A stretch of 63,420 nt of DNA, counting the filler, from Octopus bimaculoides (lineage: Eukaryota), in assembly GCF_001194135.2 (NCBI RefSeq). It is 5 parts of 5 records of this genome, joined end to end, with 100 filler letters (N's around TTAATTAATTAA, not from the genome) between each part and the next. Parts side by side here need not be neighbours in the genome. Positions count along the whole stretch, not along the records: positions 7,086 to 34,505 come from NC_069006.1; positions 34,606 to 44,859 come from NW_026420234.1; 3 more parts are not named here. The stretch is one strand, 5' to 3'. This document shows positions 26,688 through 38,761 of this stretch, in pieces. The position numbers and the translations under genes were made by a program. Under the pieces are notes generated by a model. The model made no database searches. It had not been told where the DNA came from and saw nothing but the letters and a program-made list of their open reading frames with translations. How positions within the stretch are numbered: position 1 is the first letter of the stretch; every line of letters starts with the position of its first letter.

Positions 26688-27298
26688 CACACACACACAT
26701 ACACAAATACACTCATTCATATTTCTTCGTATTTCTGAAGAGCAGCGTATTGTTTGGCTGAAGTCAAGTGGAAAAAAAAAAGTAGAAAACCTTTATCAGT
26801 GGAGCGTAACGAATATATTTTGTCTGCCTTCCATTATAGATGCCTCTATCAGCACTTTATTATAAGTGTCAGCAATGATGCTGTACAGGGTGGCGGCGGC
26901 GATGATGATGATGATGATGTTGATGTTGAGGAGGAGGAGGTGCACGACGATGACGACGACGGCAGGAGCGTTGAACATTATGGTGGAGGTGGCGCTAGTG
27001 GTGGATGTTATGATTTTGATTGTAGTGACGGGAATGGCGTTGGTTGTGATGGCGGCTGCAGTGGTAAACGCGATGCTGTTGTTATAAAAGTGGATATGTA
27101 GTAGTAGTAGTAGTAGTAGTAGTAGCAGTAGTAAATAGGGAACAGACGAAGGCAATGGAAAAACCGGTGATACGATATAGAGTGGTTAGCAATTGTAGTG
27201 GTGTGATGAGTTGTGTTGTGTGGTGTGGTGTGGTGCAGTACGGCATAGTATGGGGTAATACGGAGTAGTATGCTGCGATACTGTGTGAGTGGAAAAGT

Positions 27299-27450
27299 GG
27301 GGCCTTGTGTCCATGGTGTTCGATTCGTGACGAAAAAGTTCTGAGTTCAATTCCTGGATCGAGTGAGTTATTGTTTCCTTGCGTAAGGTACTTCATATCA
27401 CGTTGTCCCAGTTTACTCAGCTGTAAATGAGTACCATCTGAGGGCCGATG
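27299..27450 (+). mobile_element. Old SINE with family C-like core
   Basis: 'gagttcaattcctgg...ttgtttccttgcgtaaggtacttc...ccagtttactcagctgtaaatgagtacc'. Confidence 0.6.
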
Positions 27451-27696
27451 CAGCTTTCTCTTCATCTGGTTGTCAGATTTTGGAAGTTCCGCTCATTTAG
27501 GAGTAGGAATGGAGTCGAGACAATGCCTGTGTCGGACGCAAGTGTGATGGTCTCCTTTGAAGATCGACTGCTTGGGGTTATTATTATCCTTTCTTCCCCA
27601 CCAAAATTAATCATCGGTTGTACGACCAATGAAATTGGAGTTTAATGCTTTAGTCTAACTGAAGGATACATAACCTGGGTTTTGTACACCGCGCTC

Positions 27697-27774
<78 letters not shown>

Positions 27775-29069
27775 TGGTGACCGATTCTGGAAACGAAGTC
27801 TGGTAAGTGAGGGGTTTGGTCTACAAGAGTAAGTGTATGTTACTCAAAATTGGTCTTGACAGAGCAATTCAGATCGAGCTGACCTGTAATCAAAGGAAGT
27901 CAAGTCTTGATCATCGTGCCCTTTTTGCCTTTAAAGTTCACCCAGTGCTCCTTATTCAAGAGAGTAAGGTCTTGTTTGAGGGAGACAATACTTTGCAGAC
28001 CTAGTGACCCCGTAAGAGATCTATTTCTTGCAATGATGTCGAAACTATAACACGGGTTACAAGTAATACCAACATGGATCTTCGGTCACAAGCATTAGGC
28101 TTTGAAAAAAAATTCCTACAGTATCATGTTATGATGGATGTTTACCCCAAATACGTTTTTATAGTAATGTATTATCTCTATTATAATGAAGAAAACTGTA
28201 TACTCAGTATAGAGTATGTAACTTTTATTAAAAGACAGCAATTATTAAGATCTGCACTGTCTAGAATACATATAATCGCTGGCTCGGGAACGAAATTTGT
28301 TAAGGGTGTGCTAACCTAGGTCTAAAATTCCTTTACAAACAAGGTCTTATTGCTTTTGTTAGTTATTTTTGTTCTTTGAGAAGAATCCAAACTTCAAGCT
28401 ACTTTTTGCAGATCCCTTTTTACAGTTTTCTGAGCCTGAGAAAAGTGAGTTTTTTTTTTGTGTTTTTTTCTCGCCCATTTCAAAGCCTAGCCAGCCTCAT
28501 GGGCCCGGTTTCCGGGTTTCAATGGCGTATGTGTATGTGTATGTGTATGTGTATGTGTGCTTGCGCTACTTGCACTCCGTGTTCCTGGACCCGCGCATAT
28601 AACGCGTGTTAAAACAATGTTTACATTTAACTAAAAAGACATGCATACATTTAAGTGACACTGTAATAACAGGATAACGAAAAAATATTGTAATTTCGAC
28701 ACGCAAACAAAATGTTCACAATTACAGTCGTTATTGTTTCAAACTGTTACTAAGCTGTCACTTCCTCCGACATATAACGTCATGTGACCGTCGTGTGTGA
28801 AGAGAAGGAGAGTTGTTGACGTTGCATATAGTCTTTTGAAAGATATTTCTTTTTTTTAGTTTACTTTATGTTGAATAACAAAGGTTTGCCTGTGTCTTGT
28901 CTTTTCCGTTTATTATCTTATTTCCTTATTTAATTGCTTAAAACTGATTTCGTTATTGTTTAGCTTCAAGTCAATAATCAAAGGAATTCAAATTTTACTG
29001 TTTCTCTCTATTTTTTCTTTTCCTTTCTTGGCATAGTATATCTTGAATGACATTATCCAATATGTACAA

Positions 29070-29810
29070 GACGGCGAGCTGGCAGAATCGTTAGCACGTC
29101 GGGCGAAATGCTTAGTGGTATTTCGTCTGTCTTCATGTTCTGAGTTCAAATGCCACTGGTGTCGACTTTGCCTGTCATCCTTTCGGGGTCGATAAATTAA
29201 GTACCAGTTACGTACTGGGATCGATCTAATCGACTTAATCCGAATGTTTTAAAGAAGAAATGCATCGTATTATATCGTATAGTACCAGTGAAACACTGGG
29301 GTCGATGTAATCAACTAGTCCCCTCCCCACCAAATTCAGGCCTTGTGCCTAATGTAGAAAGGATTATTATTATTAATATTATTGAAGGCGGCGAGCTGGC
29401 ATAATCGTTAGCATGCAGGGCGAAATGCTTAGCGACATTTCGTCCGTCCTTACGTTGAGTTCAAATTCCACCGAGGTCGACTTTGACTTTCATCCTTTCG
29501 GGGTCAAGAAAATAAGTACCAGTTGAGCAATGGGGTCGATACCCGTTCCCCAAAAATTTCAGGCTTTGTGCCTGAAGCATTATTATTATTATTATTAAGG
29601 CGGTGAGCTGGCAGAATCGTTAGCACGCCGGGAAAAATACTTAGCGACATTTCGCCCGTCTTTACGTTCTGAGTTCAAATCCCACCGAGGCCGACGTTGC
29701 TTTTCATCCTTTCGGAGTCGAGAAAGTAAATACAAGTTGAGCAATGAGGTTAATGTAATCGATTTACCCCTCCCCTTAAATTACTGGACTTGTGCCAAAA
29801 TTTGAAACCA
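29070..29810 (+). mobile_element. Head-to-tail cluster of SINE family A copies (~29070, 29283 partial, 29387, 29599)
   Basis: Three heads (g[a/g]cgg[c/t]gagctggca[g/t]aatcgttagca) separated by (ATT)n-like tails. Confidence 0.85.
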
Positions 29811-30669
29811 ACGTATGTCCAGCAATGTTTATGTTGGTAATTCTGATGGATATCGGGAATTGTAATTCTGTAATTCTGTTAACTCTTGATGAGAGTGATG
29901 CCAATCAGGCTGTTGTTTCTTCTTTTTGCTTTTTTCTTAATTAGTGAGTATTTTTATTTAGTTCATTAACGTTTATTGTCTATTTTCAAGACAGATTGTC
30001 TGAGTCGAACGTACAATAATGGACAGCTTGTCAGAGTAGATTTTGAGAAAGTCTGACACGAGTCGTGGGAGATAGATGTGTCTAGTTGGATTGGTTGCTG
30101 TTGCTGCTGATGCTGTGTAGCCCTAGGTCAGCAAGTTTATGATTAAAGGCATTCCAGCCGTGATCATTCCATCCGTTTTATATGAGCAAAGAACGCAAAG
30201 CAACATAAACCGAATATGTTCTTTTCTAAGTGTTGCGCCGTTCAACCCCGCCTCCCTCCCTCTCTTGATTTTTCTCTCCTTTCTCTTCCTCTCCTTCCTT
30301 CATATCGTTTTCCCCTCTGCCCCTATCCTTCTCTATAATTCTGTCTTTCTCTTTCTTTTTTTTTCTCTTCAGTCTACACCTCTCCCTCTCTACGTTCAAC
30401 CGACGTTCCAGACGTGAGCAACCTGTTATTTTTTCTCAATGTCAGGTTGTGTTCTTTTATCTTTTGTCTTACTTTCATTGGTTTCATTTATCAGATAGCG
30501 ACCATGCTGGGGCACCGCATTGAAGAATCTTTAGTCGAATGCACACTTAAGGCAATAAGGTTTAATTTGAAGGAGATTTAGCTGCTACATCTGTAAAGCT
30601 CGTGAGACCGCCGGAGAGTTCCAGTGTTGGTTGAGGACATGTTTTGTATATAGGGCTTGTCATTTTTTG

Positions 30670-31335
30670 TTGATGACGATAATGATGACAACAACGATAA
30701 TGACGACGACGACGATAATGATAATAATGATGACGACGATGATGACAACGACAATAATGATGACGACGATGATGACAACGACAATAATGATGACGACGAT
30801 GATGACAACGACAATAATGATGACGACGATGATGACAACGACAATAATGATGACGACGATGATGACAACGACAATAATGATGACGACGATGATGACAACG
30901 ACAATAATGATGACGACGATGATGACAACGACAATAATGATAACGATGATGACAACGACAATAATGATGACGACGATGATGACAACGACAATAATGATGA
31001 CGACGATGATAACGACAATAATGATGACGACGATGATGACGACGACAATGACGACGACAATAATGATGACGACGATGATGACAATAATGATGACGACGAT
31101 GATGACGACGATGATGACGACAATAATGATGACGACGATGATGACGATGATAATGATAACGATGATGATGACGACGATGATGATTACAAAGATGATGATG
31201 ACGATGATAATGATAATAATGATGACGACGATGATGATGACGACGACGATGATGTTGACGACGATGATGATAATGATGATGACGATGATGTTGACGACGA
31301 CGATGATGATTACAAAGATGATGATGATGATGCTG
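30670..31335. repeat. (GAT/GAC/AAT) trinucleotide satellite with a 30-bp higher-order unit (gatgacaacgacaataatgatgacgacgat)
   Basis: About 8 near-identical 30-bp units from ~30740 to ~31020, with degenerate flanks. Confidence 0.9.
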
Positions 31336-31759
31336 TTGCTGACATTGTCAATGTTGCTACAAGTGCTGCTAGGGTTGCTGATAATTGACTCCAGAAAAAG
31401 CAAAAACAAGTGTTAATATAAAGTATATTTTTTATAGTTGTTGCTGTTGCTGTTACCGATGCTGCTTTGCTACAACTGCTGCTGCTGTTAATATTTTTGA
31501 TGTTATTCTTGTATTTCACAAGGTTTTAGCAATTTTTCTACTCGCATTATCCAGATATTGTTATTGTATATTTGGTGTTGTTTCTGTTTGTTTTTAATGG
31601 TTGCTGTTGTTGTTGTTGTTGTTTTTGCTGGGGTTTTTTTTAGTTTTTTTGTTTATTGTTGTTTATTGTTTTTGATGTGTTGTTGCTGTTGCTGCTGCTG
31701 CTGCTGTAGAAGTGGTTATATTTTCAGTAGGTTTTATTGACTGTTTTCAGTGACAGGAA

Positions 31760-31900
31760 GAGAGAGAGAGAGAGATAGAGAAAGAGAGGCCGAAAGAAAG
31801 AGACAGAGGTGAAGAACGTGGGTATCAGAAAGAGCAAAATAAATTACAGCAAAAAAGACAGGAAACAGCAGTATTTTATGAAAGATTAGTGAAAAAGAGA

Positions 31901-31964
<64 letters not shown>

Positions 31965-32185
31965 AAGAAAGAGAGAGATAGAGACCGAAATAATGTGAAA
32001 GAGAGAGTGGAAGGGGAGATGAGAAGGATGAGAAAAGGAGAGAAAAGAGATGATAGGGAGAAAGAAAATGAGAAAAAGAGAGACAGATAGAAAATGGCAG
32101 AGCAGAATAAAGATATAAAGGCAAAACGAGGGAGGATGGGAAGCAGAGGTAATGGATACAAAAAGGGAGTGGTAAAAGCGAGACA

Positions 32186-32229
<44 letters not shown>

Positions 32230-32715
32230 AAAAAGAAAAAAAAAGAAAGAAAGAGGTGAAAGGAAAATGTCGAAAATATGGCGAAGACATGAAAACAGAA
32301 GAATTGTTTCAGTATTTCACTGAAGAAATGAAGGGGAACTAACTGTGTAAAGCATGTAGCATGAAACAAAGATAAATGACTTTGGAGGAAGATTAGAGAG
32401 AGAGGGTGAGTTTAAAATAGAGAATGCAGGACAAAGAGAACGGGAGTTAGAGAGTTAGAAGTGGTGCGAGAGTGAGTGAGAGGTATTAAGGGAGAGAAGG
32501 CGAATGAAAATGAAAGAGTGAATATAGAAAGGAAGATAAATGGTTATAGGGAGATGGTTAGAGTAGATAGAAAAAAATGGGTCCAAAGAGAAAGAGAGAG
32601 AGAGTGAGTGAGTGAAATAATAAGAGGGTAAGTGAGGGAGTAGGAGGAATTAAAAAGACCACTCAAAAAAATGGTGGAATTAAAGAGAGTTGTAATGAAT
32701 GAGAGCAAGTGAGTG

Positions 32716-32758
<43 letters not shown>

Positions 32759-33080
32759 GAAATAAAGGGAGAGAGATAAGGGATAAGAGAGCTGGTGAGG
32801 GTCGAGGGAGAAAGGAAACGGAAGTGGGGGAAGGGGAAGTGGGGGAAGGGGAAGAACAAAAAACAAAAAAAGAAAATAATTGTAGAAATTCGTAAGAGAG
32901 AATTAGAAAAGTAATGGAGGTTAACAAAATTGAACCATACTGCATGAAATAAAGATAAATGGTAAGAGGGGTAGATGAGGGAGAGAGGGGGGAAGAATAA
33001 TGAGCATGACAGAGAACAAGAGAGAAAGATAGAGAGGGAGAGAGGTAGAAGTAAATAGTGAGTGTAAGAGAGAAGATAAC

Positions 33081-33117
<37 letters not shown>

Positions 33118-33420
33118 CAAGCGAGAGAGAGAAAGAAAGACATATAAAGAGAGACATATATACAAAGAGAGACATATATACAGAGAGAGAAAGAGAGAGA
33201 AAGAAACAAGGTGTGCAGAAAGGACAATGGGAGATAAAGGTGGAAAAGAGAAAAGGAGTAAAGGAAAGATGAGAGATTAGCAGAATGATAGGTGACAGGA
33301 AGAACGAGAGAAAGAGATAGAAAGAGAGTAGGAGAGAGAGTTAGGAAGAATGTGATAACGTGAGAGGATAATAGTGGCTAGGGAGGGAAGGAAGGAAGGA
33401 AGGAAAGAAACACAGATAGA
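31760..33420. repeat. Purine-rich low-complexity tract with (GA)n and (GAAA)n
   Basis: Strong A/G strand skew over ~1.6 kb; gives the SLSLS/FLSF pseudo-ORFs. Confidence 0.8.
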
Positions 33421-33835
33421 CAGATCTTGTGGTTCTACCACAAGAAGCAAAATGCTTCGGTTGGGGCAGAAGTGAGAGAACGGCTCAAATTTTAAACTGA
33501 CTTCAAAATCTAAAATTGTGGAGACAAGAAAAGAGCCTCGAAAAGGCTTGAATGGAGGAGTAATTGACATTTGTATTGGAATGAAGTTGCATGTAAAAGA
33601 TGCTGTTTCGCAGGAATCATACACAGATCTTTAAGGTATTAAGTAGTTAAACGCTGAATGTGTCATATTTTAGACAACAGTTCACCACAAGGTTAGTGAC
33701 TGTTTTATATTTTTGCATCAATCAATAAGGACCGATTAAAAGTCAGAATGGGGGCAGAGTCTACGCGGCACTCAACCGATTATACAAAACTACCTCGAAT
33801 TACACACAACCATATGAAGTGAAGAATTGCATATT

Positions 33836-33872
<37 letters not shown>

Positions 33873-34090
33873 ATAGCGCATGCGTGGCTGTGTGACAAGA
33901 AGCGAGCTTCCCAACCACATGGTTCCGGGTTCAGTCCACTGCATGGCACATTTGGCAAGTGTTTTCTATTGTAGCCTCGGGCCGATGTATGTGTATATGT
34001 ATGTGTACATGTATGTGTGTGTATATATGTATGTATATATATATATATATATATAGTATTAATAAAATAGATGGAATGAGTAAAAGATGT

Positions 34091-34145
34091 TATTGGGTAC
34101 GACACATGTTTCGACCCGTTCTGGGTTTCTTCGGGTACATCAATA
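34091..34145 (-). ncRNA. Minimal type-I hammerhead-like motif of Penelope type, with core substitutions
   Basis: Minus strand reads tattgatgtac-CCGAAGA-a accc agaac gggt c-GAAA-c atgt g-TC-gtacccaata. Helices I, II and III all pair; U4>C and G10.1>A deviate from consensus. Confidence 0.7.
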
Positions 34146-34209
34146 GAAAGTCTCACTAGAGATTTCTGGAGTCGGCTTACGTACCGCCATATGTCGATCA
34201 AATTCGAGA

Positions 34210-34505
34210 ATTTTAAAGCCTAATATTCTATTGGTCTTTTTTGTCGAACCGCTAAGTTACGGGGAAGTAAAGACACTAGCATCGGTTGTCAAGCGATAGT
34301 GGTGGTGGTAGTGGGGGGGGGGGACAAACACAGACACAAATATATTTATATATACGACGGGCTTCTTTCAGTTTCTGTCAACCAAATCCACTCACAAGGC
34401 TTTGGTCGGCCCGTGGCTATAGTAGAAAACACTTGCCCAATGTGCCATGCAATGGGATTGAACCCGGAACCGTGTCGTTGGGCAGTAAACTTCCTACCAC
34501 ACACC
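34210..34505 (-). mobile_element. SINE family B
   Basis: Reverse complement of the family B head and body ('gacgggcttctttcagtttc..ccaaatccactcacaaggctttggtcggccc..gctatagtagaaaacacttgccca'). Confidence 0.85.
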
Positions 34506-34861
34506 NNNNNNNNNNNNNNNNNNNNNNNNNNNNNNNNNNNNNNNNNNNNTTAATTAATTAANNNNNNNNNNNNNNNNNNNNNNNNNNNNNNNNNNNNNNN
34601 NNNNNTATATATATATATATATGCGCACACACACGCACACACACACATATATGTACACTCTTAAAATAAGTTCAATAAAATTGCTCTTACTCTGATAATA
34701 TCAAAAGAAATCAAACACAATTTATACGGTATAAAATATATCATGCATGCAAACATTATACAAATTTGGAACACAGATCTATTATCATTTTCAAAGATAT
34801 GAACAAAATATTTATTTTCTAATGATTCAAATGTATGTGCACTATAAAAGATTATTTGCTA

Positions 34862-35760
34862 TATTGAATGTTTGGTGTGACCGCTTTTGCTTTCAATGAC
34901 TGCATTTAGTTTTCTGGGCATAGAGTCTACTAAATTTCTGCATATAACCGATGAAATCGGCTTCCATTCATCCTGAATTATGTCTTTCAACTGTATTACA
35001 TCGCAGGGTTTTTTCTCCTCAACCTACCTTTTCAAATCACCCCACAGATGTTCTCTTGTGTTTAAATCAAGTGACAAGGTGGATAGCTTTAGTTTTTCTA
35101 TCTACTAAAGTCTTAGTTGTCATTTTTGAAGTTTGTTTCAGGTCATCATCATGTTGGAACATGGAATGTCTTCCTAGTTCCTTCATGCTTTTCAACATTG
35201 TTTTCTGCAATGTGTCATGATAAAGTCTTGAATCCATTGTTCTCTCAATAAATGTGAGTCCTCCCACACCAACCACATTCATGCATTCACAAAGCATAAC
35301 ACTTCCACCGCTGAATTTCGCGGTAGTCATGGTGCACTTGTCGCTTGTATCTTTACCTAGTCATCACCATACTCGTTTAATACCATCAAGTTGATTTTAG
35401 TCTTGTCAGAAAAAATAATTTTATTCTAAAACTCCTTCCCCTTACTCACATAGGTTTCGGCAAAAGAAAGATGACATGATTTATGCCTGGTAGTGAGGAG
35501 AGGCTTCCTATGAGGAATGCATCCATGAAGACCACACTATTTCAAAGTTCAGCAAACTGTTTGTGCGGATACGCTCTTTCCACAAACAGAAGACACTTCT
35601 TGGGCCAAAGATAAAGCAGTACAACACCTGTCGTCCTTCATGCAACATTAGATGTGGCGAATATCATGCACACTTAAAACAGTAGGACGACCTGGACAAT
35701 GTTTATTGCTTAGCCGTCCAGTAGCTTTGTACTTCTGAATTACTTTGGCAACTGTGTTTA
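34862..35760 (-). mobile_element. Tc1-family transposase pseudogene
   Basis: Minus-strand peptides GRPTVLSVHDIRH, SVSAQTV..LHGCIPHRKPLL, IIFSDKTKINL, AKFSGGSVML, MFQHDDDLKQTSK and PRKLNAVIESKSGHTK follow the Tc1 order, with stops and frameshifts. The element probably extends to ~34650-36050, but TIRs were not resolved. Confidence 0.9.
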
Positions 35761-37432
35761 CGCTAATATGTATTCATTTGATAATTAACTTGTATCCTAA
35801 ACCATTCTTGTGCAAATTAAGAATAATTTTCTTCAAATCTTCAGACAATTCTTTTCCTTTTGGTGCAATTTTAATGACAATGAAGAAGATTTTCACCATG
35901 GTACACAAATTAGAATTCCCGCAGATGCAATAACAATTATAGTGCAAAAATGCCAGGAGAAATAATTCATTAGAATTGAAATTATTAGCAATATCTGAAT
36001 TTTAAAAAAGTGGATAAAATATTGAATATAACAAATTTCCTTTTGGGTGTGCATATTTTAAAAATGTTTGAAAATTAATATTTCATTCATATTTTTAAAA
36101 TGTTTATTGTTTTATGTTCTAATTTGTATAATACAATATATCTTTTATATTTCTAATGACACATATTTTATAAATTTTTTATATTTTATATTTTTATACA
36201 TTTGCATATCCTTTCATATATTTTATTAGTGTTTATAAATTATAAATAATTTTGTGGACAATTTATAATGTTTTTTTTGTATAATTTAGTGGATATGGGA
36301 ATTTTTATTTTATTATACTTTTTGATCATGCAATATATTCATTAAGTATTTACATGCCCCAATTGATTCTAAGTATTGTATCTGAATGTATCCACTTATA
36401 TACATTTAGCATGCTTCTAATTCAATTACCCCATATATTGGATACCATTTTTTACAATATCCTATATTTATCCATCTGTAATGAAGAGAATAGTTCTTAC
36501 ATTAGTTTAAAATATACTATGAACTTCTATTCATATGATAATTTAATTCCGTTATACATTCACTATAGAATGTTTTTATAATGTATAGAAATACAGTGTT
36601 TAAGAAAAGTCTTATATTGATTTAAATTTTCTCACTTTAATATTATAAATTTGCTAAGTTATATTATACTACCTCCCTCATCCTTCAATTTTAAATTCCA
36701 CCCCTAACATTTATATTATCCCCATGGTTTTTCATTATATTATCCCTTTAATATGATAATCAAAATAAATATTGACCGTCCCTGTCCTTCTTTCTTCCAA
36801 TTATCACCCATTCTTCATCAGGCATTCCCTTACTACTCACACTATGCCCTACCCTTTTGTTTAGATAAAGCTAGGCATATGGTTCCTGTACAGTGAGAGT
36901 CTAGTAGATTGTCTGACATTAATTGATTCATTACCATTAACTAGAATACAGTTGACAAATCCCTATGGATTTGATTCTGAATGGTTGACACTACATTCTA
37001 CATAAAGGTCACCACTCTTTTTATCCTGACCCACACTATTTCTTCTGCTACTCTCTAAATTATAGTAGACTTAACGAGGTATGCACTATTTTCTAAACTC
37101 ATTCTGCCACAGATATGACAAAAGAAACAATGTAAATATTTTGAGTTCCATTATTGATGTGAATATGTTAAGGAAATGGTTGTATCCTTTATGTTTGAAG
37201 TTTATGCGGTCATCTGACAAGAATGGTTTCTTTCAAATGACAATGTTTCCTTTAATCAATTAAAGGAGTTGCTTGAAACGGCTGTAAGGAATTGACACTT
37301 ATACATCTTTGTTACTCATATTTTATAAATACACACACACACTCACAATGCAGAGACATAGATTCACATGCATACTTATACACTATTATCATCTAAATAT
37401 GAACACATATTAATGACACAAACATGAATACA

Positions 37433-37620
37433 TTCATCATCATCATCATCATCGTTTAACGTCCGCTTTCCATGCTAGCATGGGTTGGACGATTTGACTG
37501 AGGACTGGTGAAACCGGATGGCTACACCAGGCTCCAATCTAATTTGGCAGAGTTTCTACAGCTGGATGCCCTTCCTAACGCCAACCACTCAGAGAGTGTA
37601 GTGGGTGCTTTTACGATCTT
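37433..37620 (-). mobile_element. 3' end of an RTE-type LINE (non-autonomous tail) with (GAT)n tail
   Basis: (CAT)n followed by 'cgtttaacgtccgctttccatgctagcatgggttggacg...' matches copies at 38139, 42741 and 44528. The RTE assignment is inferred. Confidence 0.8.
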
Positions 37621-37779
37621 ACTTGGCTTGCCGGGTCTTCTCAATGCTCAAAACTCTGTAACCTGAAACAAGTAATTTCCATATTAATAATGGATGAAAT
37701 TTTGTTGAAGCAAATATGTTTCTTCCACTGAGTAGGTTATATAAGGGGAGGAAGGGGTATCAGTTACATCAGTACATGA

Positions 37780-38130
37780 CTGGTACGTCATTTTATCGGC
37801 CCCAAATGGATGAAAGACAAAGCCGACCTCAGTGGAATTTGAACTCAGAATGTAAAGAGCTGGAAGAAATGTCGCAAATAGTTCGGCCAGCTTACTACCT
37901 TTATAATATTTCTTTTTACTAATAGGCACAGGGCCTGCAATTTCGAAGGAAGGGGCTATTTGATTACATCGACAACCTCCCCAACCCCTGCTCAACTAGT
38001 GCTTATTTTATTGATCCCTGAAAGAATGAAAGGCAAAGTTGACTTTGGTGGGATTTGAATTAAGGATGTAACGAGCCAGAAGAATACCCCTAAGCACTTT
38101 GTCCAATCCATTAACAATTCTGCCAGCTCA
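37780..38130 (-). mobile_element. Two diverged SINE family A copies
   Basis: 'ggatgaaagacaaagccgacctcagtggaatttgaactcagaa' and 'gaatgaaaggcaaagttgactttggtgggatttgaa...ttctgccagctc' are reverse complements of family A. Confidence 0.75.
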
Positions 38131-38138
38131 TCATCGTT

Positions 38139-38428
38139 TGTTCATCGTTTAACGTCCGCCTTCCATGCTAGCATGGGTTGGACGATTTGACTGAGGACTG
38201 GTGAAACCGGATGGCAACACCAGGCTCCAATCTGATTTGGCAGAGTTTCTACAGCTGGATGCCCTTCCTAAACGCCAACCACTCAGAGAGTGTAGTGGGT
38301 GCTTTTACGTGCCACCCGCACGAAGGCCAGTCAGGCGGTACTGGCAACGGCCACGCTCAAAATGGTGTATTTTATGTGCAACCCGCACAAGAGCCAGTCC
38401 AGGGGCACTGGCAACGATCCAGGGGCCA
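38139..38428 (-). mobile_element. RTE-type LINE 3' tail, longer copy
   Basis: Same sequence as the 37433 copy, extended by 'gtgccacccgcacgaaggccagtcaggcggtactggcaacggccacgctc'. Confidence 0.8.
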
Positions 38429-38761
38429 TCATAATAATAATAATAATAATAACAATCTGGTTAGTGGTATCCAAAGAAGCGGAATGTCTTCATTTGTTTA
38501 GAGAAAAACAAAAATGTTGCACAAATCATCCAAACTATAACAAGTGACGCAAAAAAAAAAAGAAAACGAAAATACCTACATTAACTGTCATAAAACATGT
38601 TGACAAAGAGACTGATCAGACTCATTGAATTCATTGCCTGCTATTTTCATAGGTTATCTAACAAATGTTAGATTGCATTTCTACAATCTGTTTGACTTAC
38701 TGATAATGATAGTTTTGCTTTTTATTAATAACATTCAGTTGACATATTTTCTTCTTTCCAG

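Noticed and set aside
29966-30122. Possible minus-strand terminal exon (ATQHQQQQQPIQLDTSISHDSCQ...KIDNKR*)
   Set aside because: The acceptor lies within an old repeat copy and has a poor pyrimidine tract; no homology recognised.
31182-31325. Two DYKDDDDD (FLAG-tag-like) encodings, gattacaaagatgatgatga
   Set aside because: They end in D rather than K, lie inside a natural GAT repeat and have no vector sequence nearby; coincidental.
30578-31416. 181-261 aa poly-D, poly-S, poly-M/T and poly-I/V ORFs
   Set aside because: Open in several frames on both strands because of the trinucleotide repeat; no convincing splice context or domain.
37081-37263. Possible upstream exon of the NO VEIN-like gene (acceptor ccacAG ~37119)
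   Set aside because: The only phase-compatible donor is weak (G|GTTTCT) and the peptide is unremarkable.
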